A stretch of DNA of 64,000 bases. Origin: Mobula hypostoma (Eukaryota). A program made the translations under genes and the position numbers. The notes below the pieces were generated by a model. That model saw nothing but the letters and a program-made list of their open reading frames with translations, did not search any database and was not told the DNA's origin. Below are positions 51,670 through 63,130 of the stretch, piece by piece. How positions within the stretch are numbered: the first letter of the stretch is position 1; each line of letters starts with the position of its first letter. The DNA is taken from contig NC_086097.1 of NCBI RefSeq assembly GCF_963921235.1, positions 73,534,001 through 73,598,000 on the forward strand, in the 5' to 3' direction.

Positions 51670-54600
51670 CAGTAAAATACATTACAGGCCCTTCAACCCA
51701 CGATGTTATGCTGACATTTTAACCTACTCTAAGATCAATCTAACCATTCCCACCATGTAGCATTTCATTTTTCTTTCATTCATGTGCCTATCTAAAAGAC
51801 TCTTAAAGGCCTCTGATGTAACTGCCACCATACCACCTCTGGCAGCATGTTATATGCAACCAGCATTCTCTAAAAAGCTACCTCTGACATCCCCCCTTTG
51901 CTTACCTCCAAACTTAAAATTATGCCCCCTTATATTAGCCATTTCTGTTCCTGATAAAATGTCTCCAGCTGTCCACTCTGTCTTCTACCAGGTCACTCCT
52001 CATCCTCTTTCTCTTGAAAGGAAAAGCTTTTGTTTGCTCAAACTATCCTCACAAGTCATGCTCTCTATTCCAGGCAGCATCCCAGTAAATCTCCTCTGCA
52101 CCCTTTCTAAAGCTTCCACATCCTTCCTTTAATAAAGTGACCAGAACTGAACACAATACTCCAAGTGTCGTCTAACTAGGATTTGATAGAGCGCAACATT
52201 ACCTTGCAGCTCTTGAACTCAATCCCCCGATTAATGAAGGCCAACATACCATATGCCTTCTTAATCACCTTACTAACCTATGTGACAACTTTGAAGGATC
52301 TACCATTTGCACTCTCCGCAACACCACCAAACTTCCCTTCCACTTCCTCATGCAAGTCATTATATAAAAACCACAAAGAGTAGAGGCTGCAGAACAGATT
52401 CCTGTGGAACACCACTGCTCACTGAAATCCAGATAGAATAGTACCACCCTTTACCTTCTGTGGACAAGCCAATTCTGAATCTATGCAGCCAAATTGCCCT
52501 GGAACTCACGCCTCTTGATTCTCAGAATGAGTTTACCATGGGGGACTTTGTCAATCACCCTTTTCACCACATATCTAGATACACCACATTCACCACCCTA
52601 CCTTCATCAATTTGTTTTTAAATTCCTCAAATAATTCAATTAGGCATGTGAGTCATGACTTGCCCCTCACAAAGTCATTCTGACTAATAATTAAAAACTA
52701 TGCTTCTCCAAGTGCTCAAATCCCATCATTAAGAATTGTCTCCAATAGTTTGTCCACCACTAACATAAGACTCTTTTGTCCATAATTACCAGGATTATCC
52801 TAACTATCTTGAACAAGGAAAAAGCATTTGCTACCATCCAATCTTCTAGTACTACCTACGTGGCCAGTGAAGATGTAAAGATCATTTCCAAAGGTGCAGC
52901 AATCATCCCTCACCTCCCATAGTAACCTCGGGTATATTCATTGAGTCCTAGGAATTTATCTATCCTAAAGTTTTTCAAAAGTTCCAGCACACTTTCTTAA
53001 CCTTGAAATGTTCTCACATATCAGTCTGTTTCATGCTATACTCACATTCAAGGTCCCTCTTGCTGGTGAATTCTTAAAGTATTCCTTAAGGATCTCCCTT
53101 ACATCCTCTGATTCCAGGCACATTTCCTAATTTATTCCTGATCAGTCCCACCCTCACTTTAGTCATCCTGCTCTTCTTCATGTATGTGCAGATCACCTTC
53201 GGCTTCCCTTACCCTACTTGCCAAGGACGTCTCATGTTCCCGTACAGCTGAATGGACTTAAGCTCGTTTCTGATTGCCTTTAACTCTTCTCCAGCTATGT
53301 CTGATCTTTGCTTCCCAAACCTTTAAGTACGCTTCTTTCTTCCCCTTGATAAGATGTTGCATATCTCTTGTCAACATGCTTCCTCATCCTACCATCCTAT
53401 CGCTGCCTCAATGGGCAAACCAATGCAAGTACACCCAAATTCCTGCCGAATAGCATCATAATTCAACTGCCCCCCCCCCCATTAAATACTTCCCTATACC
53501 ATCTACTCCTTTCCCTGCCCAAGGCTTGGTATAGGTCAAGGATTTGTGGTCACTGTCTCTGAAGTGATTGCCAAACGAAAGATCTGTCACCACTACAGGT
53601 TCTCTGTCTAGTACCAGATGCAGTATAGCCTCTTCTCTATTCAACCTGTCTACATATTGTGTTAGGAATCATTCCTGTACCCAACTAACAAATTCTGCCC
53701 CATTTAAATGTTTTGCACTGAGAAGGTCCCAATCACTATCAGGGAACTTCAAATCACCCAACACAACAACCCTGTCATTTTCCAAAATCTGACTCCTGAT
53801 CTGTTTCTCAGTGTCTCTGTTGCTATTGGGTGGGGGGGGGCAGTCTATAGAATATTCCCAATAGAGTGATTACTCCCTTCCCACTTCTGACTTCCACCCA
53901 CTCTAATTCAGTAGATGATCCTTCCGCAACATTCTCCCTGTTCCGCAGTTATGATGCTATCTTTGATTAGCAATGTCATTTCCCCATCTTTTTTACCTCC
54001 CTTCTTATCCACTTGTGAAACATCTAAATCCCAGAACATTTAGCAGCCATTCCTGCCCTTGTGACAGCCAAGTTTCTAACAGTCACATCATGCCTCCACG
54101 TATTGATCCATTGTTTAATTTCATCCTTGTTCCTGATATTTCTTGCATGAAATAGACACATTTCAACTCATCCAATTGGCTGCATTTAGACCACAAGACC
54201 ATAAGACATAGGACAGAATTAGACCATTCAACACATCAAGTCTGCTCCGTCATTCCATCATGGCTGATCCCAGATCCTACTAAACCCCATACACCTGCAT
54301 TCTTGCCATATCCTTTGATGCCCTGACCGATCAGGAAACCATCAACTTCCACCTTAAATGTACCCATATACTTGACCTCCACCGCTGTCTGTGGCAGAGC
54401 ATTCCACAGATTTACTACTCTCTGGCTAAAAATATTCCTTATACTTGTTCTAAAAAGTTTCCCCTCAATTTTGAGACTGTGCTTTCTAGTTCTGGATATC
54501 CGCACCAGAGGAAACATCCTCTCCACATCCACCCTATCTAGTCCTTTCAACATTCAGTATGTTTCAATGAGATCCCACCGCATTCTCCTAAATTCCAGTG

Positions 54601-54998
54601 AGTATAAGCCCCATCCACTGTCTATCCTTCCTCACAGTCTCTTGAGGTACTGTATTTACCTTTATACTAACCTCCTCATCCTGCCCGCAAGGACATTGCC
54701 ACTGTGCACCCCCACTCACCCCCCACCCAAGTTCAGGTTTAACCTGTCCTTTTCTTACTGATCACACCTTCCCCCAGAAGAGATCCCAATGATTCACAGA
54801 TGTGAATCCCTGCCTCCTGCACCAACTCTTCAGCCATACATTCATCCTATTCTTACTTTCATTGGCATATGACACAGACAGCAACCTAGAGACTACCCTT
54901 GTGATCCTGCTTTTCAGCTTCCTATCTAGCACCCTATATTCCCTCTTCAGAAGCTCATTCCTTTTCCTACTTATGTTGCTGGTGCCAATATGTACCAT
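51670..54998 (-). mobile_element. Old near-full-length CR1 (ORF1 esterase remnant plus decayed ORF2); resumes at ~61020
   Basis: VHIGTSNISRKR...NHWDLFWG (CR1 ORF1 SGNH/esterase-like), DSDHK endonuclease remnant, RT remnants. Confidence 0.7.
54188..54612 (-). mobile_element. CR1 3' fragment nested in the older CR1
   Basis: LKGLDRVDVERMFPL, FSQRVVNLWN; tail AGACCACAAGACCATAAGAC. Confidence 0.8.
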
Positions 54999-55621
54999 GC
55001 GTCAGTCGTGCATGCAGCCTGTTACAGCCGCTCGGACTAGTTTTCTTACTTTTTTCTTCTTACTTTTTTGTTAACTTATGTTATTTGTTGTATTTTTTTC
55101 CCCATGGTAACACGGTGAAGCCGCACCCTCTCTAACATGCTGGTGGAGAAAGTTTTATTTGGGTTTTTAGCGCTGGAAATAGTTACATTCGGACACATCT
55201 CATTAGCGGGGCAGCAGTATGGTCACATTGTTTATTCCAGGGACCTAATTGCGCTTATGCCGGCCGGTTTAGCGAACAGAGCGGTGGACACCCCGGCTGA
55301 AATCTAGAGGAAAACACACAGAGGATGCAGAGGGGGATCAAAAAGGCGAGGAAAGAGGACCAGGTCGAGACAACAGAGACTTATGGAGAAGAGGCGTTAT
55401 AAGCCTGTCTTCTCGCTCTCATTATGGGCAATGTGAGACCGCTGGGGAATAAAATGGACGAGGTGACGGCGCTAGCCAGAAGTCAGAGAACATTTCGGGA
55501 GAGCAGTGTTATGTGTTTTACTGAATCGCGGCTGCACGAGGAAATACCCGACCAAAACATTTCCATGGAGGGCTTCCAGACCGTTCGGGCTGACCGTAAG
55601 TGCACTGAGAGCGGTAAGCAT

Positions 55622-56502
55622 TGTTACGTACCCCGTAACTGGGTTGCCAAACCAGCAGAAATGGATCACTCAGTTGGAGTCTGGAGTACTAGAACTAAGA
55701 AAGTTTTATTAAAGAAACAAGCAACACAGTAATCGAAAGGATAATAAATGCAACAGTTCAGCGATGATAAACACACATGTGCACAGAATTAAGATAACAG
55801 CATCAATCAAGCTCTATCGTTGTCTAGGGGTAAATGACCAATTTCAAAATGACTCAAAGTTCAGTCCAGTTTAGTAGTTCAGTTCGCAGTAATCGTTGCC
55901 ATGGCGGTGGACAACGTGGGGGAAGAGAGAGATAGAATAGGAACAACTCATCATTCAGAACGGCTTCACTCACAGACCAGCAAGATGGCTCACAGACCAG
56001 CGAGATGGCTCACAAACAGCTTTTTGGGCGGGTCCTTGGTGATGTCACCTGAGGTCACCGACTGTGACCCCTCCTCCAGATGCGGTCGATCCTCTGCAGT
56101 GAACCCGGCACCCAGGCAAGGGCGGACACACACCGGGTTCCCGCTGATCGTACCTTTCCACCCTTGTCGTTGTCTGGTACTTCTCACCCACTCGTGAGAA
56201 GTGCACCGCTTCCAGGGTCTCGTTACCTCGGGTGGCGTGTGTGTCTGTCCTAGCGAACCTGTCCCTTTTTATCCCCCTGCTGGGGCATCGCCTGTCCATC
56301 ACCTCAAACAGTTCAGGGTTCAAAGGGGGGAGCCGCTCCAGACAGCTCTTCCTCCCACATCCCTTCATTACACATCTCCAGACGCTGCTCCATTGTTCCT
56401 TATCTCTCCTTCCCCTGAGGGCAGGTGGCAGACCAACTGCTGATGCCACTGATGCTAGCCCAGGCCAGCAAACATCTTAATTTTATGTTTATTCTCGTAA
56501 CA
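55622..56502 (-). repeat. 3' LTR (881 bp)
   Basis: Direct repeat of 59741-60621; 7-bp terminal inverted repeats. Confidence 0.95.
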
Positions 56503-56515
56503 CTTCCCCCCTTTA
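56503..56515 (-). other. Polypurine tract
   Basis: Minus strand AAAGGGGGGAAG immediately before the 3' LTR. Confidence 0.9.
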
Positions 56516-56674
56516 AGGATTTTTACCGGGAGGTAAAAATTACAAACATGACTACATTATCTGATACATACACAATATACATCTTTAACAGTTATTTAGC
56601 TAATACAGAGAATTTGAAGCTGTCAACACCTTGACAGACAGTCATCACATTTTCTGTTCCTTTTACACGTGTTA

Positions 56675-59641
56675 TTAATAATCCCTTAGACCAGGCTCCA
56701 ACTCAGCAAACTTCATAGTGGCCAAAAACACTGATGAATTGCGACCAATGTAACCTCTCATTTGGTTTTGTCCCGGACCACAATAACAAGGGTCGTCCCA
56801 TTCCGACTCAATTTTCTCTCGCAAGGGCTTAGTAGGAGGGGGACGGGTATTGACCGCAGAGTTATTGCAAAACTTCCTGCAGTACCCCACCATCTCCAAA
56901 AGCCTTCTGAGGGCCCTCTTGTCTGTCGGGGTTGGGAGGTCAGCGATAGCCTGCACTGTAGCTTGCATCACTGCCAGCTGCCCCTGTGTCACCACAATTC
57001 CCAGGTAAGTGACTCTCGTGTGGCCGAATTCATTTTTTTCAAGGTTCACTATCAAACTGGCTTCAGACAGCCGTGTTAAATTGCCAATACACACCTCTGT
57101 GTTCATCAGCCCTTTAGTCACTGAATTACTCGAAAAATATGGGTGTTGTTTACTTGGCTGCCCTATTGTAACAGACATAACCCAACGTCCCAGTTCTTTG
57201 CATTTCCTCGGGACAATCAAACACATGGGTGCGAGTCGTTTAATTACTCCTTCGGGGATTAAGGGAGAGACCTTATCAGTAGACCTGGCCAAAACAATAG
57301 CCTTCTCCCATCTGACCGATCCCATCCTAATCTTTTCAAAATGGTTTTTTCCTCTTATCAAGGGGCCCCTAGCTTCATTGATTTCCACGCTAACACCGAC
57401 TAGGTTTGTTAGCGTATCAAAAGCCGGTGACCGTCTCAGTTCGCGTCGGTCATGATCAATAACATTCTTCCCCCTGGGCAGCCGGTAAATCTCTTTCATG
57501 ATTCCACCAACTGTTTCCTCCAGCACCGCAAAATGTCCACCGGGGGGTACCTCGTGGGCCATGTTAAAAACCTCATCCCCATAACTCTTTTGCACCACCC
57601 CCCACTCCTCATCTGCGGATGCTGTACTTGATTTCCCTTTCTTCCTTAGCACTTCCTCATCCGCACAATAGCCTACTAGTTCCCTTGTCAAGGCTGTGTC
57701 AGAGAGAGCTGTCTCTGCAAAAACCATCAGCCCCTCGTCTCGCTCCTGCGTCTGCACAAATTCTTTCCTGGCTACTGCTACGTCCGTCCCAGCTCCCTCA
57801 CTACCTCTTATCTCACTACACCCTGTCTCATACAAGGTTGGCAGAAATGTTTCAGCCAAATTCACCATCGCGGGCGGGGCCTCCATGCTGGCAGGCTGAC
57901 CTGTCAATCTCACGACTGGGAACACGATTCCTCCGGCGATGTCATTACCGAGCAAGACTTCCACGTCTTTCATCGGTAATTCGGACCTCACCCCGATCGT
58001 GACTAGTCCAGAGACCAGGTTGCTCTGTAAATGTATCTGGTGCAAAGGGACTGACTCTGTCCCTTCCCCAACACCTTTGACCTCTACCTCCCCAGTCTGG
58101 GTCTCTGAGCTAAACTCTAATACACTCTTCAGTATTAGTGACTGACACGCTCCCGTGTCTCTCCAGATCCGCACTGGAACTGGTTTTAACCTCTTTTTCA
58201 TTGACACCAGTCCAGCCGAGATAAACCTCTCGCGCCCTTCCTGGACTTTTTCAGACCTGTCCTTCCCTAGCGGTTCGCTTAACAGCTCGATACAGCCATT
58301 CAAAATTTCCGCTTTTCCTTTCCCCGTCTCCTTCCTTGGGGCAAAGCACCTGGACGCAAAGTGTCCGACTTTCCCACAATTATAACAGACGACCCCAGGA
58401 GACTTCCTACCAGACTGCTCCCGGTCTACCTTATCCTTTTCACTAGTCCCCGGCTTACTTTCTGACTTTTCCGGTGGACTCTCCCCGCCGTCCTGACTAC
58501 CCTTCTGGTAGCCTTTACTCGGGGCAACCTTCATTTTATGCGTCAACGCATACTCATCCGCTAACTTAGCAGTTGCGGCTAACGTGGCTGCCTCTTTCTC
58601 ATCGAGGTAGGGTCTCATACCCTCAGGGACACAACCTTTAAACTGCTCAATCAGAATCAGCTGCAGCAGTCTGTCATAATCCCCCTCTACCCCTTTCGAG
58701 GCGCACCAACGCTCACAATATGTTTGCATCTCACGAGCAAACTCCAAATACGTGCGGTCCCACCGCTTCCTCGCATTCCGGAACCTCTGCCGGTATGCCT
58801 CCGGGACCAACTCATAAATCCTGAGGATGGCCTCTTTCACCACCTCATACCTCTGGGCATCTTCCGCGGATAAAGCGGAGTAAGCTTGTTGGGCTTTCCC
58901 TTTCAGTACACTCTGAAGTAAAACAACCCACTTATCCCTCGGCCAGTCCTGACTTATAGCTACTTTTTCGAAGTGGAGAAAGTACCGATCCACATCGGTA
59001 TCGTCAAATGGGGGAACCAGCCTAACCTCCTGGGTCGCCCGGAACCCTCCACCTTGGTTCGGCACGAGCCCCTGCTCGGCCCTTATCTTTAACTTCTCCA
59101 GCTCAAATTCCCTTTCCCTCTGTTTCTCCTCTCTCTCCAACTGTCTGTCCCTCTCTCTCTCTTCTCTCTCCAACTGTCTGTCCCTCTCTCTCTCTTCTCT
59201 CTCCAACTGTCTTTCTCTCTCTTGCCTTTCTACCTCTTTCTCTTTCTCCCGCCTTTCTAACTCTCTCTCTTTCTCCTGCCTTTCTAACTCTCTCTCCTGC
59301 CTTTCTAACTCTCTCTCTTTCTCCTGCCTTTCTAACTCTCTCTCTTTCTCCTGCCTTTCTAACTGCCGTACCCGGAACTCGTGCTCGAGTCTCAGTTTTT
59401 CCAGCTGTACCTGTACCGCGTCTCCAGCAGGTTTTTCAATAGACACCTCCCCCAGCTCACCTTGGGGAAACACACCTTTAGATACATAGTGCTCTACAAT
59501 AGCTCTGTGTATCTCCTCTCTCCTCATTGTCGACTTCACCTTAGCAAGATTCACCCGTTTGGCCACAGCTATCAATTCCGATTTCCTGGCATCCTCTAAT
59601 GCCTCCAAGGTCGGCGCCTTTATAAATTCCTCAACCTCCAT
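56675..59641 (-). CDS. Gag-protease polyprotein with in-frame remnants of IN, RT and RNase H (988 aa)
   Basis: Charged coiled-coil repeat; capsid/SCAN-like region (LVPEAYRQRFR, LILIEQF); CCHC knuckle CYNCGKVGHFASRC; protease RDTGA...LLGND; AHE..GGH; KQHPY; VNLEKNEF..VTYLG; LEMVGYCRKF. Confidence 0.9.
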   Translation of the reverse strand: MEVEEFIKAPTLEALEDARKSELIAVAKRVNLAKVKSTMRREEIHRAIVEHYVSKGVFPQGELGEVSIEKPAGDAVQVQLEKLRLEHEFRVRQLERQEKERELERQEKERELERQERELERQEKERELERREKEKEVERQERERQLEREERERDRQLEREERERDRQLEREEKQREREFELEKLKIRAEQGLVPNQGGGFRATQEVRLVPPFDDTDVDRYFLHFEKVAISQDWPRDKWVVLLQSVLKGKAQQAYSALSAEDAQRYEVVKEAILRIYELVPEAYRQRFRNARKRWDRTYLEFAREMQTYCERWCASKGVEGDYDRLLQLILIEQFKGCVPEGMRPYLDEKEAATLAATAKLADEYALTHKMKVAPSKGYQKGSQDGGESPPEKSESKPGTSEKDKVDREQSGRKSPGVVCYNCGKVGHFASRCFAPRKETGKGKAEILNGCIELLSEPLGKDRSEKVQEGRERFISAGLVSMKKRLKPVPVRIWRDTGACQSLILKSVLEFSSETQTGEVEVKGVGEGTESVPLHQIHLQSNLVSGLVTIGVRSELPMKDVEVLLGNDIAGGIVFPVVRLTGQPASMEAPPAMVNLAETFLPTLYETGCSEIRGSEGAGTDVAVARKEFVQTQERDEGLMVFAETALSDTALTRELVGYCADEEVLRKKGKSSTASADEEWGVVQKSYGDEVFNMAHEVPPGGHFAVLEETVGGIMKEIYRLPRGKNVIDHDRRELRRSPAFDTLTNLVGVSVEINEARGPLIRGKNHFEKIRMGSVRWEKAIVLARSTDKVSPLIPEGVIKRLAPMCLIVPRKCKELGRWVMSVTIGQPSKQHPYFSSNSVTKGLMNTEVCIGNLTRLSEASLIVNLEKNEFGHTRVTYLGIVVTQGQLAVMQATVQAIADLPTPTDKRALRRLLEMVGYCRKFCNNSAVNTRPPPTKPLREKIESEWDDPCYCGPGQNQMRGYIGRNSSVFLATMKFAELEPGLRDY
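59100..59365 (-). repeat. In-frame minisatellite in gag (21-bp and 27-bp units encoding ERQEKEREL / EREERERDRQL-type repeats)
   Basis: CT-rich tandem units on the plus strand; reading frame preserved. Confidence 0.9.
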
Positions 59642-59710
59642 TTCTGCTGTTTGTCTTTTCTTTCTTTCGGGAATTTTAACCCAATCAATTTACTCCGTCC
59701 CAAATTTAGC

Positions 59711-59736
59711 GTTCAAAATCGCGGACGAGAACCCCA
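59711..59736 (-). other. Primer binding site, tRNA-Pro-like
   Basis: Minus strand TGGGGTTCTCGTCCGCGATTTTGAAC, 4 nt after the 5' LTR; compare the tRNA-Pro complement TGGGGGCTCGTCCGGGATTTGAAC. Confidence 0.8.
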
Positions 59737-59740
59737 CTTA

Positions 59741-60621
59741 TGTTACGTACCCCGTAACTGGGTTGCCAAACCAGCAGAAATGGATCACTCAGTTGAAGTC
59801 TGGAGTACTAGAACTAAGAAAGTTTTATTAAAGAAACAAGCAACACAGTAATCGAAAGGATAATAAATGCAACAGTTCAGCGATGATAAACACACATGTG
59901 CACAGAATTAAGATAACAGCATCAATCAAGCTCTATCGTTGTCTAGGGGTAAATGACCAATTTCAAAATGACTCAAAGTTCAGTCCAGTTTAGTAGTTCA
60001 GTTCGCAGTAATCGTTGCCATGGCGGTGGACAACGTGGGGGAAGAGAGAGATAGAATAGGAACAACTCATCATTCAGAACGGCTTCACTCACAGACCAGC
60101 AAGATGGCTCACAGACCAGCGAGATGGCTCACAAACAGCTTTTTGGGCGGGTCCTTGGTGATGTCACCTGAGGTCACCGACTGTGACCCCTCCTCCAGAT
60201 GCGGTCGATCCTCTGCAGTGAACCCGGCACCCAGGCAAGGGCGGACACACACCGGGTTCCCGCTGATCGTACCTTTCCACCCTTGTCGTTGTCTGGTACT
60301 TCTCACCCACTCGTGAGAAGCGCACCGCTTCCAGGGTCTCGTTACCTCGGGTGGCGTGTGTGTCTGTCCTAGCGAACCTGTCCCTTTTTATCCCCCTGCT
60401 GGGGCATCGCCTGTCCATCACCTCAAACAGTTCAGGGTTCAAAGGGGGGAGCCGCTCCAGACAGCTCTTCCTCCCACATCCCTTCATTACACATCTCCAG
60501 ACGCTGCTCCATTGTTCCTTATCTCTCCTTCCCCTGAGGGCAGGTGGCAGACCAACTGCTGATGCCACTGATGCTAGCCCAGGCCAGCAAACATCTTAAT
60601 TTTATGTTTATTCTCGTAACA
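59741..60621 (-). repeat. 5' LTR (881 bp)
   Basis: Direct repeat of 55622-56502; adjacent to the PBS. Confidence 0.95.
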
Positions 60622-62624
60622 GCATAAAGGAGGGGGGGTTGCTGTTCTGGTTAACAACAGATGCTGCAGTCCTGGACATATTACAATCGAGGAACATGTT
60701 TGTAGCCCAGATATTGAACTTTTTTGCTGTTGGACTCCGGCTATATTCCACTGAGATACAACACTGGGCATCATGGGAGGTTGTTCCTGCCTGTGGTCAT
60801 CGAAATTTGCAGCTTCTTCCCTGGAGGGTCAGACACCCTGAGCCAATAGGCTGGTCCTGGACTTATTTCCATCTGGCATGGTTTGCATATTGTTGTTTGA
60901 TTGTTTGTGGTTTTTGTATTGCTATAGTTATGCTCTATTCTTGGTTGGTGCAGCTGTAACAAAACCCGATTTCCCTCGGGATCAATAAAGTATGTCTATG
61001 TCTATGTCTATATGCCTATGACTTCTGGTAGCTCACCCCACCCCCACAAGCCTCTACTCACTAAAGCCTCAATTCCCCACTCTACTCCAACAATGGCCAC
61101 TCTGTTTTTATTGGCCTCTTCTGAGTGCCTAAAAAACCAAACAATCTCATCAAGCTCCACAGAAAGTCCTGGCAGGCAGTGTTTGCTTTTTATAATTAGA
61201 AAAAAAAACGCTGCAAAACATAGTGCTCTGACTTCTTGCTTCTTAGATCATGTCTAGATTCTGTTTCCAATGCTGGATGTCTTAATTAGACTAATGCTTT
61301 CAAAACCATGTTAAGAACAGACACTAGATGCTTGTCTTGCATTTGCAGACATTAGCCGAAGTAGACAGCAATAATCGGGTCACTGCATCATCAATTTACC
61401 ACATTTAATTTTCCATCTGTTTAACTAACTTTCAGCACAAATCATTTTTCTGTTACTTAAAAGGATTTTAAGTGGAAACAGCCAAGTCAAATATTGCCTT
61501 TTCCTTTTAATTGGTATGAGCCTGCAATGCAACGGCAAGTTTATCATTGCATCTGTGCATATGACAAAAACTCGACTTTGAGTGTGTTTGCTTGCCTATT
61601 TCTTTACAGATAGGAGCAACTATCCAAGAAGACAACATTTCCATAATAAAAAAACTACATATAAAAACCATCAGAGCTATCCATGAAGGAAACCATTTAC
61701 TATTTGTTGGCCTCTCTTCTAAAGTTCTCTCTACATGGTTTTTTCTGCATCTTGGTGTTTTTCATCTTCTGTTTTCTTACTCTCTTCATTCCTATTTGGT
61801 TCTATGACCAACACTTCTTTCAGAATTATCTTAAGTACTTGAACACATCTACATCATCTGTAAAGCTCCTCACTTAGCTTGTTGAAGAGTATCAGGGTGT
61901 TGCACCATTACGAGTTATAATTTGAAAGAAGCAAACCAATTGAAAGAGAAGATAAGGAAAAAACAAGTAACAGTACATGATATGATATCTCAGATTATGG
62001 AAGGGGTGTGTGGGGGAGGGGTAGAGATTCAGGCAATTTCATGGAAAGCTGTCTGTTCCCCCACACAATTACTAAGAAGTACAGGATATCTCTGCACGTG
62101 TGCTAATGATAATGTCCCAATCTCACCAAGAGCAGTTTAATGATCTCTGCCAACTCTACACTAAGGACTGGAAACTTCACGAGGCTGAGTACGAGGGGCC
62201 TAATTCCTCGAGGCTTTACATTGCAGTAATGAGAGTTTGATCATAGATTTAACTGAACAAATCATGACCTATAGAGTTATTTGACTATGCCTTGGCTTTT
62301 CCCTTGACAATGAAGATAACATGACAAAAAAGTTAAACTAGGATTTCAAGTCTCATGCATCTGTATGCAACAAAAGCAAGGGACTCAGTTCTACAAGCTT
62401 CCTTGATGAAGATTTTAGAAATTTTAAAAAAATCCTCTCACTCAAATAAATCACTGGTGACACACAGAGTTATGGATCTTGAAAATAAGATTGCAATTGC
62501 TTTGAAGAATTTAGCTGATTTTGTTCACTTTGAGGGTGACAGAGATAAGAATAGGTGTATATCTAAACTCTAGTACAGCTGTTTCTAAAACCTGACATCA
62601 TCCTCAGCTGATTTAAATGAAAGC

Positions 62625-63130
62625 CAAAGGAGTATTGTAAGAAAGGTAAGTGAGCTTAGGGCATGGATCAGCATGTGGAATTACTACATTGCAGCCATTA
62701 GGAGGGGCAGGACTGGCAGCTCAGTGTTCTGGGGTTTCGTGGTTTTAGAATCAACAGAGAACTGGAGAACTCATCTGGTGAGGCTTTATGGGTGGACCTG
62801 AGAATTTTTTTTAAAAATGACCACGTCAACAGGGCTCTATTATAGATCACCCAACAGTCTGTCAAGATTTGAGAAACGTATTTGTAGAGAGATCACAGAC
62901 TGCTGCAAGAAACACAAGGTTGTTAGAGTAGGTGATTTTTAACTTTTCTCATATTAACTGGGACTCCCATTCTTTAAAAGGACTAGATGGCACAGAGATA
63001 TCAAATATGATCAGGAAAGTTTCCTTATCAGTACATAGAAGTCCTAACGAGACAATGTGCAATACTTCATCTGCTATTAGGGAATAAAACAGGGTAGGTG
63101 ACAGAAGTTTGTGGAATATGGAAAAGAATA
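62625..63130 (+). mobile_element. Decayed CR1 endonuclease fragment
   Basis: ELRAWISMWNY, YYRSPNS, VGDF-like remnants. Confidence 0.65.

Larger units (their letters stand above)
55622..60621 (-). mobile_element. Young Gmr1-type (Ty3/Gypsy) LTR retrotransposon, non-autonomous, 5000 bp
   Basis: Two 881-bp LTRs with TGTTACG...CGTAACA termini; 4-bp TSD GCAT at 55618-55621 and 60622-60625; PBS, PPT and a single long ORF. Confidence 0.95.
54999..61020 (+). mobile_element. Internally deleted Rex/Babar-type LINE (5' UTR, N-terminal endonuclease, 3' end), split by the LTR element
   Basis: MGNVRPLGNK...CFTESRL...RADRKCTESGKH (55424-55621) continues as KGGGVAVLVNNR after 60625; 60815-61020 matches the 3' end of the 10685-11396 element; (TATGTC)n tail. 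Confidence 0.85.

Noticed and set aside
56045..56449. 134-aa ORF duplicated at 60164-60568, plus other paired ORFs
   Set aside because: Duplication only reflects the two LTRs; no recognisable domain, and not env-like.
56675..59641. Domesticated Gag-derived host gene (SCAN/Arc/PEG10-like)
   Set aside because: Near-identical LTRs, TSD, PBS and PPT show a recent transposition, not an old fixed exaptation.
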